Shown here piece after piece: positions 29,795-40,410 of a stretch of 64,000 bases of DNA. The position numbers and the translations under genes were made by a program. The notes below the pieces were generated by a model. The model saw only the letters and a program-made list of their open reading frames with translations, did not search any database and was not told the DNA's origin. The stretch's first letter is position 1. Each line of letters begins with the position of its first letter. Location of the stretch: the IMG/VR virus record IMGVR_UViG_3300022910_000005, positions 1 through 64,000 of that record; one strand, written 5' to 3'. This stretch comes from a virus.

Positions 29795-30150
29795 TGTACG
29801 ACTATCGGGCTCGGCTGGTGCGCCTGATCGACGCGGACACGTTCGTGCTGGACATCGACCTGGGCTTCTACGTCCACACCGAACAGCACATCCGCCTGCT
29901 CGGCATCGACTGCCCGGAAGGCAGGACGCCGGAAGGCAGGCGGGCCACCGAGTTCACCCGCTCCTGGTGGGCGGCCCGAGGCGACGAAGCGGTCGTCGTG
30001 ACCGCGAAGCGGCCGACCCGCTCGCTGGAACGGTTCGTGGCGCAAGTGCTGACCGCCGAGCAGATCGTGCCCTCGCCGCCGTTCGACAAGAACCTCGACG
30101 CCTGCCTGCGCCTGGCCGGTCACTTCAAGCCGGTCGAACACCTGGGGTGA
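29794..30150 (+). CDS. thermonuclease (SNase-like) family protein
   Basis: RLIDADT..LDIDLGF...IRLLGIDCPE. Confidence 0.85.
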   Translation: MYDYRARLVRLIDADTFVLDIDLGFYVHTEQHIRLLGIDCPEGRTPEGRRATEFTRSWWAARGDEAVVVTAKRPTRSLERFVAQVLTAEQIVPSPPFDKNLDACLRLAGHFKPVEHLG

Positions 30151-30703
30151 AGGCCACCCTGCGCTTGGCTTCCCGGCCACCCTGCGGCTGTGGCGCGAGG
30201 TAAGGAGAGCCGTACCGAGTCCCCGTCACCACACGCCGGGGTTCGGCTTGCGGCGACGCTTCAGTTCCCGCAGGGACGTCTTCGGCCCGATCAGCCCGTA
30301 CTCCACCCCGTACCAGGCGGCCAGCCTCGGCACCAGCCGCTCCACCGACCACTGAACCGTTTCGAGAGAGTGGTCGAGCAACTGCACGCCGATCTCGTTC
30401 CAGTCGATCCTGACCGGCTGGACGAGAACCGGCTCCAGGTAGTACCTGGTCTTGTCCGGCAGAGTGATGAAGGTTTCATGCCACCTGTGGCCCGGCTCCA
30501 GCCGGACGACCCTCATACCGGCGGCTCCTCGTACAGTTGGATCGCCTCTTCGGCAACCAGCACCCGGCCGAGGCCGACGTGCGCCTGCCGGACGTAGTAG
30601 ACGACGCCGTCGACCCGCACCCGGTTCGGCTTCGCGCCGTCCGGGATGCGCACGCGCTTCGGCTCGCCGTCACGGGGGCCGCCGACGAAGGTCATCGACT
30701 CGA

Positions 30704-31525
30704 TCATCGGATAGCCGGTTCCATCGTGATCTCGATGTTCGGCGGGAACGCCTTGTGCAGCGCGTCCAGCAGGGACGGCAGCGCCATCACGTCGGACCCG
30801 GCCAGGAGGGTCTTCGCCTCCCCGGCGTACGAGCGCAGTTCCGAGCGGACTGCCTTGCCGCGCAACGATTCACGCAGGACGTGGATGCTGCGGATGCGTG
30901 CGAGGGGGATCTGCTTGGCGGCCATCTTCTTGTCCGGGTCGAGCCGCACCACGTCGCCGTCGCAGTCGATGACGTGCGCCACGTTGGTGGACAGCGGCCG
31001 GTTCGTGGTCCGCTGGTAGGAGATCCGCACGTAGTTGCCTTCGGCCAGCGCCCACGGCCCGGCCGGGAGCGTCATGGCCTGCATCATGCTGTTCGCCTGG
31101 ACGCTGATCGGGATCTCGATCGAGATGCTGTTGCCGATGAAGTGCTGTACCTGGTAGGCGCGGGCGCGAGGTTTCGTCTCCGCGAAGGACAGCACCAGGT
31201 ACGCCAGGGACGTGTCGGCCGCCATCCGCAGGTCCGTGTCGGACAGGATCGGCTCGCTGGTTGGGTGGCTGTGAAACATCGCCACCGGCTCCTCGGCGGC
31301 CAGGTCGAAGTCGGCGTACGCCAGCCGGACTTCCTCCGGGTGCATCTTGAACGTGGTGATCGGCTTCTCGGACACGTTGCGCATCCAGTGCACGCGCACG
31401 CCGAGGCTGGAGCCCTTCTCGGCGACGATGAAGCCGCACGACTCCTGGGGTCGCTGGAGCCTGCACATCCGGATCATGTTCTGCATGGTGCTGGCCGTCA
31501 TGGTCAGCGAGCCGGGAACGCTCAC
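30704..31525 (-). CDS. JAB/MPN+ metalloprotease with C-terminal extension
   Basis: PQESCG and FHSHPTSEPILSDTD (intact JAMM motif). Confidence 0.85.
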   Translation of the reverse strand: MSVPGSLTMTASTMQNMIRMCRLQRPQESCGFIVAEKGSSLGVRVHWMRNVSEKPITTFKMHPEEVRLAYADFDLAAEEPVAMFHSHPTSEPILSDTDLRMAADTSLAYLVLSFAETKPRARAYQVQHFIGNSISIEIPISVQANSMMQAMTLPAGPWALAEGNYVRISYQRTTNRPLSTNVAHVIDCDGDVVRLDPDKKMAAKQIPLARIRSIHVLRESLRGKAVRSELRSYAGEAKTLLAGSDVMALPSLLDALHKAFPPNIEITMEPAIR

Positions 31526-32083
31526 TCAGGTGCCTCCGCTGGAAAGGATGATCAGGACCCCGTACCAGACGGCGACCATCCCTCCGAGCATTTGCACGCC
31601 GGTCACGAACCGGTCTTCGCTTTTCGAGCCGGTCACCATCCAGCCGATGCGGATCTTATGCTTGACCAGCGGATATAACAAGCCCACGCCGTCCACGGTG
31701 AGCATGTCGATGAAGATGTGCAGCCCCCAGCCGATCGCGACCGCGTGAGCCAGCGTCCAGTTGCTCAGCAGCCAGCCGGTCAGGCCCCACGCGAACAGCA
31801 CGGAGAGAGCGGAGTGGGTGAGCATCCGGTGCCCGCCCATCAGGCCCCTGATCCAGCGGGGCACGTACCGGCCGACCGTCGAGTTGTGGTGGTCGAGGTC
31901 CGGCAGGAACGACGCCAGCCCGGCCAGGATGAAACCCGCCAGCGCGTCCTTCATGCCCTGGCCGGGCAGGAGGATCGTCGTGCCAGCCAGGTGGGCCGAC
32001 GACCAGACGGGAGCCGACACGGTCACCGGCAGGCTGGCGAACCAGCCGACCCATGCCGTGTTGACTCCCGCCCGCGCGTTCAC
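31526..32083 (-). CDS. YdjM-like membrane metal-dependent hydrolase
   Basis: LPDLDH, HRMLTHS, HIFIDMLT..G motifs with TM helices. Confidence 0.85.
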   Translation of the reverse strand: MNARAGVNTAWVGWFASLPVTVSAPVWSSAHLAGTTILLPGQGMKDALAGFILAGLASFLPDLDHHNSTVGRYVPRWIRGLMGGHRMLTHSALSVLFAWGLTGWLLSNWTLAHAVAIGWGLHIFIDMLTVDGVGLLYPLVKHKIRIGWMVTGSKSEDRFVTGVQMLGGMVAVWYGVLIILSSGGT

Positions 32084-32924
32084 TTCAGGACCAGCATGTA
32101 ATGCGGTAGCACCTGCTCGGTGAGGCGGCCCGGCCGGATGTTCAACTGGCCGTCGATTTCGGACCGAACCTGGACGGCGACGGTGGTGCCCATGATGTCC
32201 TTCACCCGCCCGATGGCGGCACCGCCGCCCGGCCGGAGGACGGCCACGTTGCAGCCGACGGTGACCTCCTCGCCGATCCGATCGAACATCATGATGGAAT
32301 CCTTACCTGTTCGTGGGTTTTCACGACGTGCGCCCGATGCAGGCGGACGACAGGGTGCCCGGTCTGGTAGACGAGCGGACCACCGAGGTTGGCGGTGGCG
32401 ATCACTTCGGCGTCGATCATGCTGCTCATGCCGAGGATTTTGACGATCTTCCCGAGCACCACGTCGTTGCCCGCGTAGGCGGCGACCAGGTCGTCCACCT
32501 TGATCTGCGTTCCGACGGCGTCTTTCACGGCTTGATCACCCACTTCGCGTCCGGGACGGTGTCGACGTACTTGGCCTTGCTGCGCCAAAAGTGACCGTGC
32601 AGGGCGCACCAGATCTCGCTGTAGTCGGACGGCGTGACCTTGTAGCCGTTGAAGGCGGACTGGTTGCAGTTGCGCATGGTCACCACCCAGTTCTGCTTGT
32701 CCTTGCAACGGTTCATGCCCGGTCCTTCCTGAATCTCCAGAGAGGCTTGCGGTCGGACTGGTCCTGGTGGACCAGGTAGGCGATCGGCACCGCGAGCAGC
32801 GTGACCGGAAGCATTTCCGGTGCCCATTTCGCGATGCCGATCGCGCCCAGGACGCCCAGGCCGGTGACGAACCAGCGGCCGGGCTGCGTTTCCGAGAGGT
32901 CGATGACCCAGTGACGTTCCGGCA

Positions 32925-33239
32925 TCAGTGCTCGATGTACCAGACGGTGACGTCCACGGTGCCGACCTTGCCGGTCCGGCCGTAAGCCTTGCCGATCAGG
33001 CGCATGACCTGCTCGATGGCGGTCGGCAGGCTGAGCGCGTTGGCGACGTGGAGCATGACGCCTTCGTCCTTCACCTGGATGTGCAGGGCGTTGCGGCCCT
33101 GCACCCGAAGGTCGACCAGGCCGTTCTTCAGGTGCGGCCGACGGTCGATCTCGGCCAGCACCAGGTCGATGACCGCAGCACTGGTGTCGACGGAGGCGTT
33201 CTTCAGGGTGATGGTGCTGATCTCGGTCTTCTTCGTCAT
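32925..33239 (-). CDS. hypothetical protein (leaderless)
   Basis: TTGACA-N18-TAAACT-N6-ATG. Confidence 0.6.
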   Translation of the reverse strand: MTKKTEISTITLKNASVDTSAAVIDLVLAEIDRRPHLKNGLVDLRVQGRNALHIQVKDEGVMLHVANALSLPTAIEQVMRLIGKAYGRTGKVGTVDVTVWYIEH

Positions 33240-33257
33240 GACTTGAGTTTACCAACG

Positions 33258-33297
33258 CCGAAGGGGACTTGTCAACTGTATGACAAGTCCCCTTCGG
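33258..33297 (-). terminator. 17-bp perfect hairpin whose arm contains the next promoter -35
   Basis: CCGAAGGGGACTTGTCA-N6-TGACAAGTCCCCTTCGG. Confidence 0.8.
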
Positions 33298-33441
33298 GTG
33301 GTGCTACCGCGTCCTCGGGCTCGGCGTGCGGACCGGCGGGCTCCCGGTGCCCGGCCTCGGCGGCGGCGTCCCAGGCCCCGGGTTCGGAGCAATGGGCGAC
33401 GGTCCAGGGTCACGGCTCATCAGCGATCACCTCCTCCCGAA

Positions 33442-34248
33442 TCAGTACTTCTTCACCCACGGCAGCCGCAGGAACGTCGCCCGGCGGCCGACCGCCGCCG
33501 CGTAGTACCCCGGCTCGATGATCCCGGCGACCTTCATCGCCTTCAGCAGCCGCCGATACTTCCACCAGGGCATCGGCACGTCGATCAGCAGGTGGTAATG
33601 GCCCTCCGTGCTGGAGCCGATCACCTTCACCTCGTGGTCGATGTCGATCGCGACGGTGTGCATGTTCTCGTGCTTGACCATCCGGATCGGCGGCAGCCCG
33701 AACGGGTCGTCGCTGTCGTCCAGGATCAGCCCGGGGCCGAACTCGAACAGGTCGACCGTGCCGTCCACCTCAGACGAGTAGCAGTTCGCCAGCGGGCCGA
33801 ACGGGATCTGCGCCCGGTTGCGCTCGCTGTCGGCGTTGTAGTCCTCGTCGTTCCATTCCTGATCGGCCCGGGACTCCAGGTCGACGATGTACGCCTTGTG
33901 CGGCCAGCGCGACAGCGAATCCCATTCGTCCTGGTGGGTTTTCGGCAGCCGCTCGTTGATGTAGGTGGCCGCCTCGACGAAGGACCCGGCCAGCAGGACC
34001 CGGCCCCGGCGGAACGCGACGATGTCCCGGCGCTTCTTCAGGTCGTCCAGGGCCACCTCGACCACAACCCATTTGCCTTCGGTGCGGGGTCCACGAGCGA
34101 ACAGTCGGTCGTCGCCGAGTCCCCACAGCAGACCGACGTACTCGTTCATCAGGCCGAAGGCGTCGACCGGTGGCTGGTCGAAAGCCTCACCTGCGGCGGG
34201 CAGTTCGTCGTTCTCGTCCTCCACGAGCACCAGCACAAGATCACTCAC
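33442..34248 (-). CDS. hypothetical protein with DxD...S..GHYH motif
   Basis: AIDIDH...SSTEGHYHLLID. Confidence 0.55.
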   Translation of the reverse strand: MSDLVLVLVEDENDELPAAGEAFDQPPVDAFGLMNEYVGLLWGLGDDRLFARGPRTEGKWVVVEVALDDLKKRRDIVAFRRGRVLLAGSFVEAATYINERLPKTHQDEWDSLSRWPHKAYIVDLESRADQEWNDEDYNADSERNRAQIPFGPLANCYSSEVDGTVDLFEFGPGLILDDSDDPFGLPPIRMVKHENMHTVAIDIDHEVKVIGSSTEGHYHLLIDVPMPWWKYRRLLKAMKVAGIIEPGYYAAAVGRRATFLRLPWVKKY

Positions 34249-34507
34249 GATCTTCCTCCCGTGATCTGGTCCAGTCCGGCGTCGTTGAAACGCCAGTGGA
34301 AGTCGTGGAGGGTCATGGAGTGGAACCAGGCGTCCGCCAGTTCCAGGATCATGTGCGCTACCAGCGGCCGGTTGCACATCGGACAGCGCATCAGCGACAC
34401 CTTCTCGAACTTGACGACGACCAGCGGTTCCATCGAACCCCAGACGCGCCAGGTGAATTCGATGTCGTTCTCAACCTCGGACGCCAACCCCTCCAACAGG
34501 CCGGTCG

Positions 34508-35074
34508 TCACAGCGCGCCTCCCATCACCGCGTCGTGGTTGGCGATCGTCCACAGCACGTCGCCCATCGCGGTGTGCCGGTCGAACAGCGTTGGGTCCAC
34601 ACCGACCAGCCGGGACAGTTCGTCGGAGTCGATCGGGAACGGCACCGACACGCCGCGCCCGGCCAGGAATCCCCGCAGGAGGGTCTCCACGTCGGTGATG
34701 TGGTAGTGCCACGGCGACTTCGACCGCGTCACGCCCATCAACTGCCGCAGTCCGGCCGTGTCGAAATCCGGTACGGCACCGATCAGTTCGTGGCGCGGCT
34801 CGCCGTCGACTCGCGCGAACAGGTCCCACAGCAGGGTGCTGGCCCGGCGGCGGCTGACGGCCTGGACCGGGTCGTACCGCCGCAGGTAGTCGGTGAGGAA
34901 CGGCTCCGGCAGCCGCATCGCCTTGTCGACGTCATGCTCCACGAACAGGTGCAGCGACTCCATGTGCGGCATCAGTTCGGTGCCCCGCTTGACGGCGGCC
35001 AACTCCCAGATCTCGTCCATGCCGTTGTCCGGGTCGAGCCCGGTCGTCTCGGTGTCGAGGAAGATCTTCGCCAT
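34508..35074 (-). CDS. DEDDh 3'-5' exonuclease (DnaQ-like)
   Basis: FLDTETTGLD, FD, DVET, HTAMGD. Confidence 0.88.
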   Translation of the reverse strand: MAKIFLDTETTGLDPDNGMDEIWELAAVKRGTELMPHMESLHLFVEHDVDKAMRLPEPFLTDYLRRYDPVQAVSRRRASTLLWDLFARVDGEPRHELIGAVPDFDTAGLRQLMGVTRSKSPWHYHITDVETLLRGFLAGRGVSVPFPIDSDELSRLVGVDPTLFDRHTAMGDVLWTIANHDAVMGGAL

Positions 35075-35833
35075 CAGACGGGCCGCGTCCGGACGAAGAC
35101 CTCGTACTCGACGCCTTCGTAGTCGGCGATCGTGAAGGTGCCCGTGGTGCCGGACATCAGGGTCACCGGCCCGGCCAGGTGCGCCTTCGGCTCGACGGCG
35201 AAGTCGGTCACCTCGGACAGGACGGCTCGCACAGCGTTGGCCATGCTGACGCCTTCGATGTCCGAGTCGGCGAACGACGCGGCCACCTGGTCGTTCGTAG
35301 CGAACGTGCCGGAGATCGGCACGCCGTCCACGTCACAGCCGGTGAAGGTGGCGTTGAATTCCGGACGCTTCGGGACGTTGCTGCCCTCGTTGTCCGGCTC
35401 GCTGCTGTACTGCTGGGTCACTGCGGTGCCTCCTGTTTCGGTCCGAACTGCTGGACGGCGAGAACCCTGTGGCTCTCGATCGGACAGTCGTGGTCGTACT
35501 GTTCGACGAGCGACCCGGCGCAGCAGGCGGCACAGTGATCGATCGTCGGATGCCCGAAGGCGGGCGTCGTGCACGGGACGCAGGTGCAGGTCATGGCGCG
35601 ACCCGGTTGGTGATCTTGCAGACTCGCTTCTCGTAGTCCTCGGGGCTGACGCCGCCGCCGCACTCGAAGGTCCACTCCGCGCCCTGCTGGGTGTCGTTGT
35701 AGGTGACCCGGCCAGACTTCTCGTCCAGCCACACCTTGTCGCCCTCGCTGTCGGTGCCGAACAGGGAGACCTTCATGATCATCCTTCCATCGGGGGCAGT
35801 CGTCTCGGTCGCTCAATGAGACAACAGTACTCC

Positions 35834-35855
35834 AGTTGACAAGCGGTTGTCAACT
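35834..35855. promoter_or_regulatory. operator palindrome with perfect 9-bp arms / minus-strand promoter
   Basis: AGTTGACAA-GCGG-TTGTCAACT. Confidence 0.85.
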
Positions 35856-36426
35856 ACTCCTTGATCACCGAGTGCGCGAAGTTCTCTTCCAGGTAGCCGA
35901 CGATCCGCCGGGCCATCGCCACGTCCTTGATCTTCCCGAGAATCGCGTAGTTGCAACCCCACTCCTGGCCGGGGCAGAGCAGGCCACGCACCTCGTTGGA
36001 GTTGTGATCGTGGTCGGTGGCCATCCGCTTGCCGATCGAACGACGACCGCAGATCCGGCACTTCCCGTCCTGCTCCTTGAAGAGGATCTTGTAGTCCTCC
36101 CCGGTGAACGGCCTGCCGTGGATGGTGTACGTCCGGCGCAGGTACGAGTCCCAGTTCGCCAGCGAGGCGCACGCCGAGCAGCGGGACTTCGTGCATTCGG
36201 TCAGTCGCCGGAAGGACTGGCAGCCAGCACACCAGCGCCGTCCCACCGGCCATTCGGTGGCGGGCACCACCGCCCGCCGTAGCGGCTCCGGCACGCACGC
36301 CAGGCGCTTCTCAGCGGCCATCTCCTGGATCTCTGGAGCCTGCTCCAGCAGCCAGCACTCCTCGCACTTCTGGCCGCCGGGTCGCTTGTTCGACGCGCCG
36401 CACTTCACGCACATCTTCGTCGCCAC
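35854..36426 (-). CDS. endonuclease VII (Holliday junction resolvase-like)
   Basis: QDGKCRICG, DHDH, VRGLLC, CN...LG. Confidence 0.88.
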   Translation of the reverse strand: MATKMCVKCGASNKRPGGQKCEECWLLEQAPEIQEMAAEKRLACVPEPLRRAVVPATEWPVGRRWCAGCQSFRRLTECTKSRCSACASLANWDSYLRRTYTIHGRPFTGEDYKILFKEQDGKCRICGRRSIGKRMATDHDHNSNEVRGLLCPGQEWGCNYAILGKIKDVAMARRIVGYLEENFAHSVIKE

Positions 36427-36495
36427 GCAGGGTCTCCAGAATCAGAAGGGGCCGGGCAACCCGAAGGTTACCCGGCCCCGCCGACGATCAGTGGA

Positions 36496-36843
36496 TCAGA
36501 ACTGGCCGAACTCGCCCTCGGACGGCGTGCCCTCCGGCACGATGACCTGCGCGGGCGGCTGCTCCACGACGTTCTCGGACCGGCCGTCCACGAACAACTG
36601 GGTCCGCTCGATCAGCGCCTGCTCGGCGGCGATCTTCACCTCCAGGTCGACCACCTTGGCCTTGGCGGCGTCGACCGCCTTCTGCTTGGCGGCGGCGGCG
36701 GCCTTCTGGGCGTCCTCGGCGACGGTGACCTTCTTGGCGGCCTCGACCTTCTTGGTCTCCAGGGCCGACTTGCGGGTCTTCGCGGCCTCGATCGTGTCGT
36801 TGGCCTGCTTGAGGAACTTGCTGGGGTCGAATTCCTTCGGCAT
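36496..36843 (-). CDS. Ala/Lys-rich coiled-coil protein
   Basis: heptad-like AK-rich sequence. Confidence 0.6.
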   Translation of the reverse strand: MPKEFDPSKFLKQANDTIEAAKTRKSALETKKVEAAKKVTVAEDAQKAAAAAKQKAVDAAKAKVVDLEVKIAAEQALIERTQLFVDGRSENVVEQPPAQVIVPEGTPSEGEFGQF

Positions 36844-36980
36844 GATTCTCTGAATCCTTCTCTGTCGCAGGGAAAGTCGTTCGCTGGGTGCCCCGTGTGC
36901 ACACGGCCGGGGCCACGCCGCCTGGCTGGCTCTGAGCAACAGCCTGCCGGGCCGTCAGGCCGGGATGCAAGCGTGGTGGA

Positions 36981-37760
36981 TCAGAAGGGCGGCGGCTTCT
37001 GCTCGGCGTCGGCCTTGACGGCTTCCGGCCCCTTGTACGGGTCGGCCCCGTCCTGGCGGTCCTCTGCGTCACCGGCCTCGGCCCGCGCGTTGTCGACGTA
37101 AGCCTGCACCTGGGCGCGGGTTTCGTCGGTCGGCGGGTCGATGTGCACCTCGTAGTGCGAGGTCTTGCCGGGCTTGCCGACGTTCGGAACGCGGTCGACG
37201 AGCGTGACGGTCCAGGTCTGGCCGACCTGCGGGGCACCGTCGGTGGCCCGGATGCGACGCAGTTCCTTGTTGGCCGCCTCCCGCAGGTTCTGCGAGGAGA
37301 GGATCACCCGACGCTCGGTGACGCCGGACAGTTCCACCTCGTCGTCCTGCAACCGCAACTTGGCGTTGTCCGAGACGAACTCGCCGCCGCTGTAGGTGGT
37401 GGCCATCGTGATGCTGGTGCGGGAGACGCGACCGGCACCCTTGGGAATCGGCAGGTCGGGCCACATCTCGGCGAACTTCTGCTCGGTGACCGGCCGCTTG
37501 GAGCCCTTGAGGTCGTTCTTCGGACGCCAGACCATCCAGCCCTTGTCGTCCGGGTCGGTGTCCGTGCCCTGCTGGTACTCGCCGACCATCTTGTAGCCCT
37601 TGTCGGGCCGCTTGACCGGCTCGGGCGGAACCACGACGCCGACGAACTTGTCGCCGGGGCGGGAGTAGTTCCAGGAGATGACCGGCGCTCCGGCGCTTCC
37701 GCCCTGAGCCGCGTACGGGTCGTAGTACTCGTCCTCGTCGTAACCGTTTTCGTCGCTCAC
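36981..37760 (-). CDS. putative single-stranded DNA-binding protein
   Basis: acidic termini, C-terminal PPPF, replication gene context. Confidence 0.6.
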   Translation of the reverse strand: MSDENGYDEDEYYDPYAAQGGSAGAPVISWNYSRPGDKFVGVVVPPEPVKRPDKGYKMVGEYQQGTDTDPDDKGWMVWRPKNDLKGSKRPVTEQKFAEMWPDLPIPKGAGRVSRTSITMATTYSGGEFVSDNAKLRLQDDEVELSGVTERRVILSSQNLREAANKELRRIRATDGAPQVGQTWTVTLVDRVPNVGKPGKTSHYEVHIDPPTDETRAQVQAYVDNARAEAGDAEDRQDGADPYKGPEAVKADAEQKPPPF

Positions 37761-37886
37761 TGTGTCTCGTCTCGTTGTCGTTTCTTCTCTGTGGTGCAGC
37801 CATGAGTCTACAGGTCGTTGATAGGTCACGGCAAGCGAAAGGCCCGGCCAGCGGAGGGAAAGCACACCGGCCGGGCCACGAATCGG

Positions 37887-38993
37887 TCAGTATCGGACGG
37901 TGATCGCGGTGCCGTCGATGTACGAGCAGTTGGTGACCGTCGCGCGGCCGGTCCAGGTGCCACCGAAGTTCACCGTCTGCCCCTGCACGGCCTGGCTCTT
38001 GTCGAACACCAGCCCGTCGTAGAGGCCCATGCTCGCGGTGCCGCCGGGCGACGGGTTGCCGCCGCCGTTGAAGGCGTACTGCCCGCCGAGGAACAGCGTG
38101 TTCACGATCCGATGCTCGCCCGTGTAGCCCTGGCTGACGGTGCCGAACATCAGGCAGGCGTTGTCCGGCCCGTTGATCCTTCCCCGGCTCAGCAGGCCGG
38201 TCCCGTTGTCCTCCCACGGCAATGCCCTGGCCGGGTGCGTGGAGTCTCCGGCGAAGGCGTACGGTCCGCCGTCCGGCAGCGAGCCCATCGGCACGCTGAT
38301 CGGCTCATACGTGTCCGGGAGGTTGTACGCCTCGGCCTCGGTGAAGACGTGCCCGCTGGAGTCCATCAGCCACAGGTGGCCCGCCTGGCGGGCTGGCCGG
38401 GCGTCGATCACGCTGTCTTCGATGTCCATGCCGAGGCCGCCGAACAACTGGATGCCGTCGTTGTGGCTGATTGTGTCGGACGGATGGACGATCCCGCGAG
38501 CGTTGGCCGTCCACTTCGTGAGGCGGCGAATCATGGTGCGGCGCAAGATGATCCCGCACTGCCACCCGGCACCGGTCGCGTTGAACTGGTTCGAGTTGTT
38601 GACCGAGATGCCGTCGGTGGTCTTCTCGATCAGGCAGTCGTAGAACTCAAGGTCGTGCCCGTTGAAGGCGTTGCGGTTACGGATGAACTTCGGGGAGAAG
38701 ACGCACCGGTTGAACTTGATCCGCTTGGCGTTGATGTTCGTCGCCGTGTAGATCGGATTGTCGGTGTCGTCGCCCTCGAAATAGCAGTCGTTGTAGGTCA
38801 AGTCGGCCACGTTGCCGTTGACCCGGGCGAACCGGATGTTGTTGAACGTCTGCCCCGGGGTGTTGTGCGAGACATTCGCGACGGCCGTCGCGGGCACCCC
38901 GGCCACGACGGCGGCCACGTTGACTCCGGCGATGAAGACCTTCTTGGTGCCGACCAGGCCGGACTGGTCGGTGCCGGTCAGCGTGGTCGGCAC
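37887..38993 (-). CDS. right-handed beta-helix (pectin lyase-like) protein
   Basis: Asn/Gly-rich beta-helix coils; HNDGIQL motif. Confidence 0.65.
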   Translation of the reverse strand: MPTTLTGTDQSGLVGTKKVFIAGVNVAAVVAGVPATAVANVSHNTPGQTFNNIRFARVNGNVADLTYNDCYFEGDDTDNPIYTATNINAKRIKFNRCVFSPKFIRNRNAFNGHDLEFYDCLIEKTTDGISVNNSNQFNATGAGWQCGIILRRTMIRRLTKWTANARGIVHPSDTISHNDGIQLFGGLGMDIEDSVIDARPARQAGHLWLMDSSGHVFTEAEAYNLPDTYEPISVPMGSLPDGGPYAFAGDSTHPARALPWEDNGTGLLSRGRINGPDNACLMFGTVSQGYTGEHRIVNTLFLGGQYAFNGGGNPSPGGTASMGLYDGLVFDKSQAVQGQTVNFGGTWTGRATVTNCSYIDGTAITVRY

Positions 38994-38994
38994 G

Positions 38995-39228
38995 TCAGGC
39001 AGTGAAGGTGAACGTGGCCAGCGTGCCGGTGTCGGACACCTTCGTGAGCGTCTTGGCCGGGCTGATGGACAGGAAGCCCTGACCGATGACCAGGGTGTTG
39101 GTGCCGATGTTGCCGTCCTGGTCGGTGCCGGTCAGGACGTAGGTGCGCGGGTCGTAGTCGACGGTGACCGTGACCAACTGGCCGGGCAGCGGCGCGAGCG
39201 GGGTGAACGAGACGACGGGATTCGCCAC
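38995..39228 (-). CDS. small beta-rich protein
   Basis: AGGAG RBS; adjacent to the beta-helix gene. Confidence 0.55.
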   Translation of the reverse strand: MANPVVSFTPLAPLPGQLVTVTVDYDPRTYVLTGTDQDGNIGTNTLVIGQGFLSISPAKTLTKVSDTGTLATFTFTA

Positions 39229-39312
39229 GGTGTTTCTCCTGGGGACGCAGAGAGGGGCGCCGTCCTGGTGGACGACGCCCCTCACGCTACTGCGAAGTAG
39301 TTGAGCCCTGCT

Positions 39313-40356
39313 CTACAGCATGACCAGCACCTTCGTGAAGGCGACCAGGCCACGGTTCGGCGCGGTCGACTGCACGAAGATGTCGTAGTCGGGGTTCGGG
39401 TCGGCCTTCTGGCTGACCGTCATGTCCGGCAGGCCGATCATGTCCCGGATCTCCTGCTGCGTTCCGACGAAGACCTTGTCGGTCTTCTTCTCGACGATCG
39501 CGAGACCCTTGCCGGGCTGCACCTTTTCGCGCTTGTTCCACTGGTAGTAGCAGGTACCGAGCACGAACTTCATGCCGCAGTCGTCCTTGATGAACTTGTC
39601 GACGCGGATCTTCGGGTACTGGCCGGTCTTCGGGTCCTTCGCCGCGCCGTCCTGCGGGGCGACCGGGATCAGCCGGTACTTGTCACCGGCCAGCGGCGTG
39701 AGCGCGGCCCGGACGGTCGCCTTGTTGACGGTATCGGCTCCAGTTGAGAAGATCGCCCGGCTGCCGCGCACGCCCTGCTGGCGCATCGTCATGAAGTTGT
39801 CGGTCGCGGCCTTGATCGAGGCACCGGCCGTCTCCACGTTGCTGGTATCCCAGGTGGCGATGTTGTCCGGCGGGAAGCCCGCCTGCGCGGCCAGATGGAC
39901 GCTGCGGTGGTCGGGAACGAGCGTCGCAACGGAGTAGTTCTCCGGCAGGCCCGCGAGCAGGTTCCGCAGGGTGTCGGCCGACGCCATCGAGCGGTTCTCC
40001 TGCCCGTCGGTGACGACGAACGTCAGGAACGCATGGTCACCGTAGATGACCGACGTGGTCTTCAGGTCCCGCTGCGATTCGATGGTCGCGTCCCGCAGGG
40101 CGGTCATGCCGGACGGCCGGTACAGCGCGCCGATCGACGGGAGCCGCAGCACGTCCTTGTCGAAGATCAGGCACTTCACCTGGTCAGCGAAAGAGTAGAC
40201 GGACACGCGGACTTCGCGGTCCAGGTCGGTCGAACGCTTCGCCAGGTAGGCGATCTGTCCGTCGACCACCTTCACGACGTCGCGGCGCAGGCCGTTCATC
40301 GAACTGCTCGCGTCCATGACGATGGCGATGTGGTCGATCTGGTTCTGGGTTTCCAC
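39313..40356 (-). CDS. vWA domain protein
   Basis: MIDAS DASSSM, TALRDA, VTDGQEN. Confidence 0.88.
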   Translation of the reverse strand: METQNQIDHIAIVMDASSSMNGLRRDVVKVVDGQIAYLAKRSTDLDREVRVSVYSFADQVKCLIFDKDVLRLPSIGALYRPSGMTALRDATIESQRDLKTTSVIYGDHAFLTFVVTDGQENRSMASADTLRNLLAGLPENYSVATLVPDHRSVHLAAQAGFPPDNIATWDTSNVETAGASIKAATDNFMTMRQQGVRGSRAIFSTGADTVNKATVRAALTPLAGDKYRLIPVAPQDGAAKDPKTGQYPKIRVDKFIKDDCGMKFVLGTCYYQWNKREKVQPGKGLAIVEKKTDKVFVGTQQEIRDMIGLPDMTVSQKADPNPDYDIFVQSTAPNRGLVAFTKVLVML

Positions 40357-40410
40357 GGTGCGGTTCTCCTTGGTTTTCGAGGTGGATCTCAGTGTTCGTT
40401 CTCTACGATT

